NCBI GenBank assembly: GCA_038496445.1
Contig: JALMLS010000377.1
Location: 62,001 to 126,000, forward strand
Length of the DNA: 64,000 nucleotides
Reading direction: 5' to 3'
Source of the DNA: Trichosphaerium sp. ATCC 40318
Taxonomy: Eukaryota; Protista; Tubulinea
A program made the translations under genes and the position numbers. The notes beneath the pieces were generated by a model, which did not search any database, was not told the origin of the DNA, and saw nothing but the letters and a program-made list of their open reading frames with translations. This document shows positions 14,001 through 26,067 of the stretch, piece after piece. Each line of letters opens with the position of its first letter. Position 1 is the stretch's first letter.

Positions 14001-15452
14001 TTAATTTTTTTTTACACCTTTCACAACTAGGTATTTGGGTCTACCACCTCTATAATCAACGTGCCTATACAAAGATCCATCTTGAAGCCATGTCTTAAGC
14101 TCTTTTACATTTGAACGATTCTTGGTATACTGACAACTCTGTATCTGACCATCTGGGTACCAGTCTTTTTGCTCAGTTACACCGTCACCAATATCATCAA
14201 TACTTTTAAGTAATTGACCATTTTCTGCCCAAGCTTTGCTTTTAATAACTGCTCCTTTATCATTGCGGTAGGATTCAAGTTTGGGTTTCCCACTAGAATA
14301 GTATTCCTTGGTCTCACAGCAATCGGTGTAGCTAAATTTTTGAGAGATTGTGCCGTTTTCGTGCCAACGTGTATAACCTCCTTGAATTTTACCGTTCTTG
14401 TAGACCATCTCTGATTTAATTTGGCCATTCAAGTACCATGTTTTTGATTCTCCATTTAGTTGCATACCAATCATAAAGTAGTGTTGTTCTATTTGTCCGT
14501 TTGCATACCAACACTTGACTTCTTTTTCTTCAGAATCAGGACTATACTTTATAAGCTTTTCTAAAGTGCCATCCCTGAACCACTTCTTTTCTTCTCCTAC
14601 ACGTTTACTCTTTACACATGTATAAGTATGTGATAACTGCCCATTTGGCCACCATTCGTTATACTCTCCCTCGGTATAACCTCCTTTTGTAAAATACTTT
14701 AAAGTCAGATTACCATCCTCACCCCACTCATGTACATGGCCGTCCTTAGCGCCATGTAAGTAATGATAGTGACTACGTAGTTTCCCACTTCTATACCAAG
14801 TCTTGCATTCACCATGAAGTAAATCTTCAGCAAACGTGAATTCTTGGTCCTTTTGCCCGCAATCAAAGAAACGAATATACAAACCATGTTTTTTACCATC
14901 TTTATACATCTGCATTTCACGGCGTCCGCGAGTAATCTCATCCCAAGCACCGTCCCTCTTACCTTTGCTGAAGGATCCACTCGTTGTTTGTGTACCGTCT
15001 GGGGACCAATCCTCGTACTTGCCGTGTTTTTCGTTGTCAACAAAGTGTAGTTTTTTCATCAACGAACCGTCACCGTAATATTGCTTGTAAGTGCCGTTTG
15101 CTTTATCTTCTCGGTATTCCAGTTCGGAAAATACTTGTTGGGTGACATGGTGATACGCTACATGCACTCCATCTCTTTTTCCGTGAGAAAAATGGCACGA
15201 TTCTTTTTTGCGTTTTAGCCGTTGCGTGTCGGTAGGGTCACCCCATTTTTTGTAGTTTCCGCGCACAATCGGCTCTCTGCGCCATTTAATGAATTTTCCA
15301 TTCTTTTCCATATTTTCATCATAACGTGACGTAGTAGCTGCTTGATAGCACAACAACGGCCAAATAAGATAGGCATAATTATCTGTTTGTGTAATTGCGT
15401 ACTGAAGCTCTATTGGCAACGATAATAAGCCGTTGAGTACGTTTTCTGTCAT
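14001..15452 (-). CDS. Intronless F-box-like + MORN_2 (YwqK-type) repeat protein
   Basis: N-terminal LLSLPIELQYAI; many ~24-aa W-Y/H-x-N/D-G-Q/K repeats with GxxxGxxxxW. Confidence 0.85.
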   Translation of the reverse strand: MTENVLNGLLSLPIELQYAITQTDNYAYLIWPLLCYQAATTSRYDENMEKNGKFIKWRREPIVRGNYKKWGDPTDTQRLKRKKESCHFSHGKRDGVHVAYHHVTQQVFSELEYREDKANGTYKQYYGDGSLMKKLHFVDNEKHGKYEDWSPDGTQTTSGSFSKGKRDGAWDEITRGRREMQMYKDGKKHGLYIRFFDCGQKDQEFTFAEDLLHGECKTWYRSGKLRSHYHYLHGAKDGHVHEWGEDGNLTLKYFTKGGYTEGEYNEWWPNGQLSHTYTCVKSKRVGEEKKWFRDGTLEKLIKYSPDSEEKEVKCWYANGQIEQHYFMIGMQLNGESKTWYLNGQIKSEMVYKNGKIQGGYTRWHENGTISQKFSYTDCCETKEYYSSGKPKLESYRNDKGAVIKSKAWAENGQLLKSIDDIGDGVTEQKDWYPDGQIQSCQYTKNRSNVKELKTWLQDGSLYRHVDYRGGRPKYLVVKGVKKN

Positions 15453-15565
15453 AAGGACAAGGTACAGAGCAAGTAAGCCGTTGAGTTATTGACAGATTTT
15501 GACTTTCTTTCTCAATACCAGGCAGTTTATTTTTTTTTACGCGTTTACAACATCATTTTTTAATA

Positions 15566-17952
15566 TTACTTCATTTTGACAGTCATATCCTGAACATGGA
15601 ACTCGGCGTTAGAAATTAAAAATTGACGAAGATTTGCTTGAAGCTCAAGTGCTTTCAATGCGTTCTTTACGCTTGTTCCGGTTCTAGCTTTAAACTGTTC
15701 ACCAAGTCTGCTAATATTAGCATTACCAACACTCTCAATGATATCACTAAAGGAAAAAAATCAGATACCAAAGAAGCAGTCAAAAAACCATTGAAACATA
15801 CCGAAGTACGTCCTTTATAGACTTTTCTGTTAGTTGAGGCTTTATAGCTGGTGATGCTTGATCCGTAAAGTTATTTTCTGGTACTACATCAGGCATTTCT
15901 GCATCTACAACTTTTGGTTCGTCCCTTAGAAAAACAACGTCAAAAAAGCAACAGAAAGACCACAAAACGTACATTGATCCATCAAGCAGTTCAGCAATAT
16001 CTGACATATCAGTGGTTGAGATAGTAGCTTGTAATGCAGTAAGTGCAGATTGTATGTTGGAGAATCGCGTTGGGAGATCACGTAGTGTCTTTAACCTCTT
16101 TCTTAATTTTCTTGTCTCACCACGTAATTCTTCGAGTTCACTGTTTGCGTCTGTCAATTTCTTCTCCGTATTGCGGCGCTTGTTCTCAAACTTACGCACG
16201 CGCTTACGCAATGCGTATACAGCATTATCACCTCCTTTACGGACAATACACTCAACAGTATCGAACATAGTGTCGGTGTGATATACTTCCATCTATGACA
16301 AAAAAAAGTAAGCACAGGCATGTACAATAAGCGTCAAACAAAAATCATTTTTGTTTTCAATCCATACTTTGACAATGAGTTTGTTATCTTTCAAATAAGA
16401 CCTGTCAGCATGTTTGAGCTCCTCTAGTTTCATAAAGTTTTCCCAACCCCATGAGCCGCTGTCTGAACCTGCTAAACGATCATCTACTACCTCCATGTTA
16501 TGGTTCATGTCTTCTTGATCAACTACAACAACACTACGATGAAGTGAGTAACACATAAAATTGTATATCTTGCTACAACGTACCGATATCTGACCAAGCT
16601 TTTAAAATCCTTACGCTGAAAGTTGGCCAATTCCAGGTATATACTGAGAGCTTTATCCTTTTCATCTCCGTGACCTTCTGGATAAACGCTCAAAACCCAC
16701 TTTATGCCATGGTAGTCAAACACTTCTTCGACATAACGTTCTCCCCATATTGTAAACTTCTCAATTTTAAACTCAAACACAGCAGTCGCATAGAAAATTT
16801 CAACTTGACCACATAGTCTTTGGTTTTTCAAGAAACTAAAACAAATGTGTCAGCTCGAATCATATAAATTTGATAAAATAGGCACCCTCGATCTTTTCTG
16901 TTGAGCTCGTCAATAGAAATGAACTCTTTCCATCCCCAATCTGAGTCAGGCCTGAACTCATGACCATACTCTCCGATGGTCTTATGTATATTGCGTGAAG
17001 GATCTTCTTGGTCAATGAGAGTAACACGGTAACTACAAAGCGAACATGTCAATAGAAAAAAAAATATATACGAGACACTACGCACGATAGTTTTGGTTTG
17101 AATACTCTGTCAGTACCCTTAGAAGCAAGGAATACAGATAAATGAGTGTTTTTACCTTTTCCAGTACCTAAGAGGAAAATGATGAGGTTTTTTTACAAAA
17201 CACACGTATCTTGGAGATACATTATGACGCTATATAACGTACCACAAGGATAAAATTTTAGGAACCATTTAGTGTCAAAAAAGGAAAATTCCTTGCTTGG
17301 AGCAAATGTATTCTCCCACATGAATACATTATCAAGGGAATGATAAAATATAGTTCTAGCAGATTTCATATGCAAACGGAGTGTCAAACGCTTGTTTTTT
17401 AAGATATTTGGATCCCTACAAAAGTACGTTAGTTTACGCACTACGTATGGAGTTCAGCTATGCTGGTTTTTATACAAAAAAATAAATGTGTACTTTGTAA
17501 GAGCCTCTCTTTCTGCAAATTTTTCCCAACCACAACAGTTGCTGTAATCCACTCCAAAATCGCTAACTAGCTCAGCAGTCTTGCTTTTACTGCTTTGCTT
17601 ATCGTTTACCATTGTGACTGCAAAGTCGGTGATAACTTTTAGCTGTTTTGATGAGTTGTGTAACTCGAGGAAAACGCCCATATGCGTTTCGTTGAGAACC
17701 ACTTTTATGTTCCATTTGTGTCCGCGAAAGAAAACGCGAGCAGTGCGTTGTAGGTCTTCTCCTTGTAAAAAGTCTTCAAATTCAAATGTGAAGGTCTAGA
17801 CGTGTGTTTATTAGTGAAACGAGCGTTGCAGATGTGGTATGCTATCTGTCTGTCAAAAATATGTGCTGTACCTTTTGAGCATAATATTTATCGTTTTCTG
17901 TCTTTGGTGGGTCTAGCCACTCTACTTGTGTAGGCAATAATTGCGGATTCAT
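15566..17952 (-). CDS. Triple MATH/TRAF-domain protein with coiled coil and C-terminal winged-helix (LOTUS/OST-HTH-like) domain
   Basis: Three copies of KW.L..YP.G...LS.FL...WGW.F; heptad region; C-terminal NISRLGEQFKARTG...LRQFLIS..EFHV...V. Confidence 0.8.
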
Positions 17953-18294
17953 CCTTAGACAAAGTTAGTACCAAATAGCGTATTTTTTCGTAACAAAGAA
18001 CGTATTGTGCCGATAATGCTGTTTAGCAGGAAAACAAAGGTAACCGAATCATTGTGAAATACGTACTTGGACATTGCACCGCACACGCAAGTAAATAGCG
18101 GTGGCGGCAGGGGTGCTGGCTAGTTGGTGCCAAGAATGTGTTTTGACTAACAAAGAACCCAATTTTAAAAAAAAATAAATCAGTTTTACCCACAACAATT
18201 TTCATTACTTCTGTTGGCACAATGGCTATCCATAGACCATATTCCTATTTGAAATTGCTAACATAACCTGTACTTGTAATTTGAACGCTACAAT

Positions 18295-21115
18295 ATGTTA
18301 CCACGCGCTGTAAAAATCGCCGTACAACACGCTCCTTTGACATCTCGCCAAAGAAACTTTAAACGCTACTCAGCTGTAACTAATACAAAGATTCTAATCC
18401 TTGAGGTACTGTGCCTGCGTAAAACGTCACAATGTAACGAAGAAACTAAGGCTGAAGAGCAATTGGGCCTAAAACAATGCTCAGACTGGTATAAAGTCGG
18501 TTGGAAAGACATCAAAAACGTCTATGGGCTGCGTAGTGCCCTCTCGTACGAACAAAGAAGCATTGAACGAAACTTAAGCGTATTTTCAGGCGTGTCAATT
18601 TTTCTTTGCATACTTTTGTTTCAAAGGTTTATCCTCAATTCAACTGGGTTCCCTGGAGATTCAGTACGTTTAAAACTCTATCTGATATCTCACATTTTGA
18701 CACTTTAACAGTCATTAAATCTTATGGCTTCTGGAAGAACCCTGACATCCGAAAATCCTTCTTGGAACAGGTAAGCAATATATTCTATTGCCAACAAAAC
18801 GTTGTTACCTTTTTCTCACAATAAGAATTGTAGACAGCTCAACGCCTTCGCGTACACCTCATCCCAGACTGGTATAATCACACAGGCCTTGAACTAATGA
18901 AAACACGTGGTGGTCGTAGTATTATGAGGTACTAGGTTTCTTGTGTACTATCGCTAAGTAATTACATAGTATTTACAATGAATCATACCAAACATGCATT
19001 GTGTCAAATTATCCAAATTTCGATTGGAAGCCCTGGTCATTTTGTACGCTCCTCATATAATGCTAATACATTATTTCGTTAACACTAATAATATATAAGA
19101 TGCTGTACCAGCAAACTACTGGTCTGGAAGACTAGGGCGCTTAACTTTTGCTAAAGAGGTAAAAAATTACTGAAAAAAAAATATTGTACTAACCGTAAAT
19201 AACCTAAGATCGAAAAACGGCTAGGTATTAAGACTCTAGAAGATTGGTTTAAGGTAACTGTACGCGATGCATATGCAATTGAAGGAGGATCTAGCCTTCT
19301 CTTCTCGTACGTGACATTTACAAAAAGTACTAAATTTACAAGAGAATAGTGAGTACTCCGGTTCTCTAAGAGCCTTTTTGGAGGATGTCTATCCTGAAGT
19401 AGAATGGCCCGCTTGGCGCTTTAGTACGTGCTAAAATACGCCAATTTAAATTCTCTTACAAGCAACAATAGGCTCTGTACCAAGAAACTACTGGGAAGAT
19501 TCAGAACATATTATTGATTTAGTTAAGCGCGTATGTCACTCACTGTTGTTGACCAAATGGCCATAACTTCATCCCTAGCTTGAAGATACTCTCAATATTG
19601 AGGAATTAGATGATTGGTATAACATAGGCACAAGAGAGTTCATAAAAAATGGAGGCAATGGACTACTTGGGTAGCTTTTTTCCAGTTCATTTTTATGAAA
19701 AAACTTAAGACAAGCTTAGACGTTACTCTACTTCTCTTGTGGCTCTTTTACAGGATATCTACCCAGATCATGCATGGGATCCATGGAAATTCAGTAACTA
19801 CATACAAAATCAGTACTTATAATCACAGTTATTATTAGAAAAAGCACCACCAAACTATTGGTCAGTTTCCAAAAACAGAAAAAGATTAATTAACCAAGTA
19901 CAAACCAAAACTTAGCTATTTTTTTTTGGCTTACGTTGTTAGCTGGGTTATGACTTAGACCTAAAAACCATAGACGAATGGGCCAAAGTTCCTATAAAAG
20001 AATACGACGAGCGAGGAGCTAGGGGCTTGTTGACGTACATGACTTTTTATATCATCTTATTTTTGAAACAAAACTAAATCACTGCAGGCACTATGGTAGT
20101 TCTATACACAAAATGCTTCAAGTGGAGTTTCCTTCATACCCATGGAATTTTGGTACATTTAAACCCTTGGATTTTTACACCTCTTGTAATTTCCCGCTGA
20201 CATGTTGTTAGCTCCTGTTGCCCCAAAGTCGCCCTATGGTTTTTGGAAACAACCTAAAAACTTAAAAAAGTTTTTCGCTTCTGTAAAAGATAAGCTATCT
20301 CTAAAACAGTTGGATGATTGGTACCGTGTATCAACCATTCATTTAAGATACATGGGTGGTTCAGGTGTAGTCTCACAATGGCCTCACGTATTGAAAAGCG
20401 TGTACCCACAGCACAATTGGGCTTGGGAAAATTTTGCAATCATTAACAAAAAGGCATTCCAAAGGCAAGTTCTGAAAAAGTAACTAAGCGCTACTATGCT
20501 TACTCATATACTAGATCATTGGTATTATGTGCAAAAACTCTATTTCCTGCATATCAGGTACTGGAAGAGTACGACCCTGGACTCCTCAGGTGCGTTTGTA
20601 ATCAGAGAAGTTTTTAGTATCTTATTAAACTCCTTGTAGCGACTCTGCTGGAGGTGCTATCACACTTGATGTGTTTGTCACAAAATTAAACATAGCCTTG
20701 GAATACAACGGACAACATCACTTTCATGATTTTCATCAACGGTTTGGTCATGCCACGATACAAGAGGCGAGGGATACAGAAAAAACAGCCAAATGTGCTG
20801 CTCAAGGTAAGAAAAAAATCATATCTTTTTTCGGCGTCTAACTCACTTACAACTCTATAGGTATCACATTGATTACAGTACCATATTGGTGGGACCCAAT
20901 GGATGTCAATATCGTCGCAGCTACTATTCAAAAACACAGGTTGATAATCTAAACGCAAATCTTTGTTTAACTCTTTTTTAACTAGGCCAGAGTTATCGTT
21001 TGGTTTAGTGCCTGGAACGAAATGTTTTGAACCCTATTCACCATCAAAACCTTTAACACAAAGACCACAAGCGGTACCAACTATGGCGACAGTAACAGTA
21101 GCAAGGCCGTCATGA
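18295..21115 (+). CDS. Trp-rich ~70-aa tandem-repeat protein (6 repeats) with C-terminal RAP/Vsr-like PD-(D/E)XK domain; putative mitochondrial presequence
   Basis: Manual splicing across about 19 introns gives one open frame; repeat P.NYW...L.I..LDDWY.V...GG..LL..Y..SL..L...YP...W.PW.F; C-terminal TLDVFVTKLNIALEYNGQHHF...RDTEK...C...GITLITVPYWW. Confidence 0.85.
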
Positions 21116-21638
21116 AATTCTAATTCTAATGATCAATTCGTATCTACCAGAATATTTTTAAGAACAACTCTGCAATCAACTATAGCTGTTGGATTCATAC
21201 CCATCTTAGAATTATCTTACCTTAATTTACGTCGCACTGAGATTTAAATTAAGCCCCTGTACGAGAGTACGTTGAACAGCACTTTTTTATGTTGGCCTCT
21301 GATTGCGTATAGGATGTAGTTGCACTCGATAAGCTAGTACAACACCTGACCTTAATCGATTGTGTTATGGACCATCACATGTCATTGTAATGCTTCTACA
21401 CCGTTGGTTCCTTGGCCATAAACCTACTGCACAGAATGCATGCGTGTCTGCTTTACGTGTACTTTAAGGATCGCAATAGTACATAACTAAACGTTAGTTA
21501 ACATGGTACTCGACCCAAGGACACTAAAATAGCAAAGGTAACCTCAAAATTACAATGAATAAGAAGAGAAGCAATAATAGACTGCTATGGAATAAAAACA
21601 CGTGTAGTGCTTACTATCAATAAAATGCTTTATTACTA

Positions 21639-22174
21639 TTATGATGGAATATACAAACTGTATCCTACATCGGCAGATGTCAATTTGATAGGTTTTCCAT
21701 TGCTAATAGATCTCGTATCGATACAAAGGCCAGTGCCAGTGACCGAATCACAAATCTTGTAAAAGTTTTGCATTCTATAAAACCAGAAAGTTTGCCCATA
21801 GCTTGCCACAGGAGGACTACCACATGTGTACATCTTACAACTTTCCCCAGATTTCATTTTACACGTAAGGCAGAGATTAGGATATTGTACGGATCTAAGA
21901 AGTGTTGGGAAGGATCCTTGTGCTCTATAACCAGGTAACGTCCAACGTTGATTTAGATTCCACGTCTTATGTGTCCAGAAATGGGCCTAAAAAGAACTTT
22001 GTAAGATCCTTATTCGAAAATGTACAGTATCGGTACTTGGCTACCATATCCACTTCCACCTTTGTCAAGAGCGAATGAACCACCTCTTGCGACCACGAAC
22101 TTGTAACCCTTGGTATTGGCGATAAAAGTAATCAGCAGAAGTAAACTTGTTAACTCAACGAATAACTTGAGCAT
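21639..22174 (-). CDS. Small secreted ricin-B (beta-trefoil) lectin-like protein
   Basis: Signal peptide MLKLFVELTSLLLLITFIANTKG; NQRW and GQTF (QxW-type) motifs; NLCL and LCID; one intron. Confidence 0.65.
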
Positions 22175-22906
22175 TCTTTCGAGCGCGAAGGTGTTGCGTT
22201 TGTTGTAAATACGAAGTATTGTTTTTGTATGGTTAAAAAAACAGTATCACAAAGATTGCATCTTTCCCAAGGTGCAATTTTTTTAACACTGCTTATCACG
22301 ATGCTGATGCTATGTTAGTATATAAATAGGTTGTAGACTCTATCATTGGTTCTCTAGTTAAACCAGCTAGCGTTGGAGAGGAACAAAAAAGATTCGCTTT
22401 CGCTTTTGTCAGCTTGTAGTGTAGGTTTGTTTGTAGGTCACTCGTTTACTGGTGATGCCGAAGTAACACACTTTGAGCAAACCAAGGTTTTATTTTACGC
22501 TAGCTTTGTATGTATGCTGGACATGCTTGATTGATGCTAACTTATAGACAAACAACCATTACCATAATATTCTGACATGTGTGATCAATAGTCACTTACC
22601 AGATTGGGGTATCCTTTATGTAACGTTTACAGAGAAACCGGATCGTTAGAGTTGCGACCAAGATTCACTCCGAAAACTACAAGGTACATATAGCGAACCA
22701 TATCTAAAAAAACACGTGACAGCTATTTACTAAGTAAACCAAACTCTGCAACACTACAAAGGCAGCTATGACTAGATATACCAATACCAGGCCATAGCCA
22801 AGTAGCCTATAGTTTATGAAACGAGCAGCTTTTCATTCTAGCAGCTAAGGTTGCAATCTGATTTGTAACTCAACTTAAATACGTTTGGTACGAGTGAAGC
22901 ACCATC

Positions 22907-23854
22907 ATGGAGGGTCTAAGTTCTATGGCGTATTTCGCAGGGATATTTGCATCGTTTTGCTTTACAGTACAGTAGGTTTTCTGCGTTTTAATTTATTTTT
23001 TCTCACAATTGGCTGTACAGGTACATTCCACAAGCGTGGCATAATTACAAGCGTCAATCTGTTCGTGGCTTCAGTGCAATCGGAATAATCATAAAATTGA
23101 TCGGTGCTGCGTTTTTATTCAGTAACACCTTTATACAAGGAGGTATGCGTATAGCCACGTCGACTTTTGTAACATTTGTTTTAGAAACTGTAGCAGTTGT
23201 AATGTATGGTCTATTTAACGTTACACAGGTACGCAAAGCGTATTTTGACACGTCTTTAACTTATCTTTACCTAGCATCTCGTATTCATGGTCCAGTACGT
23301 GCTTTACATCAATACACGCTAACAGCTTGTCGATTCTCTTCTTATGGGTCTGGTGACATACCAGGTGATAAACGGTTTTTGTGGTGGCTACTTTTCCCTC
23401 TTGTCCCTTTATTATGTGGCATATACTATCCAGATAGCATTCACTTTACTAATTACTTCAAACCAATCGCTCAAGTTTTGAGGTACTAAAAACAATCGAA
23501 ATTTACTGAAATTGTGACATTCGCCTAGTCATCTACCTCAGCTCTACGAATGTTACCGTATCAAAACAACATCCGGAGTTTCTCTAACAACACAACATCT
23601 TAACGTTGTTGGTGGTCTAGCTGGGCTATTTAGTATCCACTTTATTTTTTTTTTGACACTTTGTTTTCATACTTGTTGTTTTCTTCTTAACGCTTCAAGT
23701 GTGCTACATAATTCCACCAAAAGCATCCACAACGTACCTAATTTATTCAAATTCAATTTTGCAAGCTCTATCAATTTACATGCTTGCTGCTTTCTTTGGT
23801 GAATTGACAATTGCTGGCAAATCAAAGCACGGAGAATCCTCGCTACCAACATAA
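22907..23854 (+). CDS. PQ-loop repeat transporter
   Basis: Two PQ motifs after splicing (QYIPQAWHNYKRQSVRGFS and SHLPQLYECYRIKTTSGVS); multiple TM segments. Confidence 0.85.
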
Positions 23855-24018
23855 CGAACTAATAAACGATGCTAAGTTTTTATCTTTTACGTAATTTCTC
23901 CACAAATGAGGCACAGACAACATGATAATTTTCCACAAACTAGCAAAAATATTTTGAAGCGAAAAATGGCAAAGTTTATACAACTAGGTTCTTTATTAGG
24001 CAAAAAACCAAAGCAAGA

Positions 24019-25767
24019 TTACTTCTTGCTTGTCTTCTTCTTTCCACCCTTTCGTTTGGTCTTCTTTTCGCTTTTTTCAGTCTTTTCAGGTTTTTCTTCG
24101 TCACGTGGTGACTTAGCTTTAGCGTCATTTTCTTTTTGTTCAATTTCGCGTTGTTTAAGAAGAACTTGTAATCTTCGGTTCTCGCTGTCAAGAGCGTCTG
24201 CAAGATATTGCAGTTGGTCATCGAATGCACGATCCTTAATTTCGGATTCTACACGCTCCTGAACCTTTTCGGATTCATATTCGCGTTCTTGTTCGAGGTA
24301 GTCTTTCCAGACATTCATATCGTTCAAGTGTTCGAGCAAATTTTTACGTAAGTGCTCTAAGCCTAAAATAGCCATTAATAACAATACAGAAAAAATTTGC
24401 CAGACAACACGTACCACCAAGCTCAAGTTTGCTTCTTTCTTCAACCTTCTCCTTGAGTTTGTTGTATTTAGCTTTCCATTCCCTTGATTCGAAGTAAGTA
24501 ATCAATAACTAAATAACTCAAGTACCTCAAATCATCACGAAGATCTTCATTTTCTTGCTCAAGTGTTTCGTTGCGTTCATCTTTATCTTGAATTTTTTTC
24601 TCGTAGTCCTAAAAGAGGTAAGGAATTACACGTAAATAAAAATAAAATAAAATAATATTAGCTCGTACCTCTTTTTGCTCTTGAGTTTCACGCTTTAGAT
24701 CCGCCAAATTAGTTTGTAGAACATTTCTCTCTTCAGTGATGCCCTCAAGTTGAAGCTACAAAGTGTCAAAAAAAGGAATAATTCGAAACAAACTAACCTG
24801 CAATTCTTTCATTTGCTCAGACAATTCTGTCTTTTGGGAGTCAAAAGCAGATTTAAGCTTGTCCTCCTTCTTTTGGTTCTCATCGCGCGATACGAAAGCG
24901 TGGAAAAACAATGAAACGTACAAGGTTACTGAACGCTCATCAACGGAACCTACAGTTTCATTAGTACCAAATTAACACGCTCACAAAAAAAAAAAACGTT
25001 AAAATTTTTGAAATAAAAGAAATAAAGCGCACCTTCAATGAGTTCTTTAGCGTCGAGGAGTTGTGGGATACCCAAGTGCTTTTCAGCAAGTTCAAATGCA
25101 CCCTCTACGTTTTCTTGAGTGGAGTTTTCTTCCATCATCTCTGCGTAGTTGAGCACTTCAGGGTTGAATTTATCGATCATAGCGAGTAATGCGAGACCGT
25201 CGCTAAAAGATTCTTGAAACGTCTTAACATCGACGCCGTTATAACCCTCAGTGACTTGACGACACCATGTGAGCAAGCCATCCTCATTACTTCCGGATCC
25301 ATCGCTAATTTGAGAGATGCGGAACTTGCGAAACAAAACCCACAAGAAACCAAGCAAAAGCTTTAGGTTTCCATCAATGAGATCCTCAGCAGAAAGGGTG
25401 AGGTATTTTGGGTCTACTCCTTGCTGTTTTAAGAACTCAAGAGCAAGATGACTGTTTTCGATAAGAATAGGTCGCATTTTAGGCTTCTTGTTGTATCTTT
25501 TGTTCAATTTCTTGCCAGTGAGTAGCTCCAAGAAGTGAATAATCGTTAAACCGTCACCAAAATCCGTAGACAGGTTGTTTTTGATTTTCATAGCTCTCTT
25601 TTCCAAAAACGTGTTTACCCAGTGAGTAAACGCCTATTGGAGCGATTATTTAGCGGCCGACAAAAGATCTCTAGGTTTAGTACCTTGATCTGCACGTCCT
25701 CCCATTTCTTTTCTTTAATTTGGTTCTCTACCGCCTTATTGGACGTAAAAGTCGCCGTTTCTGCCAT
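24019..25767 (-). CDS. ctx: Cortexillin (tandem CH actin-binding domains + coiled coil + basic tail)
   Basis: WEDVQIKAFTHWVNTFLEKR, LSAEDLIDGNLKLLLGFLWVLFRKFRI, GSVDERSVTLYVSLFFHAF, coiled coil and Lys-rich C-terminus. Confidence 0.88.
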
Positions 25768-26067
25768 TTTCGTTTGGTTGCGAAACTGGGGTGCGTTAAC
25801 GAAGAAGACTTGAATATATTAAGTTTTGCCTATTTTTTGCATTAATATCTGCAACTAAAAACAGACCGCGGCTCGCTATATAATACTGTTCGCTCGCGGT
25901 ATATGCGCTTACCCAATTTTGGTGGTTAAACTTAGTGACTAAAAGGGAAGAATTCTTGACGAACACAAATCACGCTAGTTTAGCGTTCTGGTGATTGTTT
26001 TCCTTTATTTTACACTGCGCTCTACGAACTACAAAATTACTTGAGCGGAATTTGGGTCTCCTACGCG

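Noticed and set aside
22609-22632. U12-type 5' splice site GTATCCTTT
   Set aside because: No TCCTTAAC branch point and no supportable host gene; probably chance.
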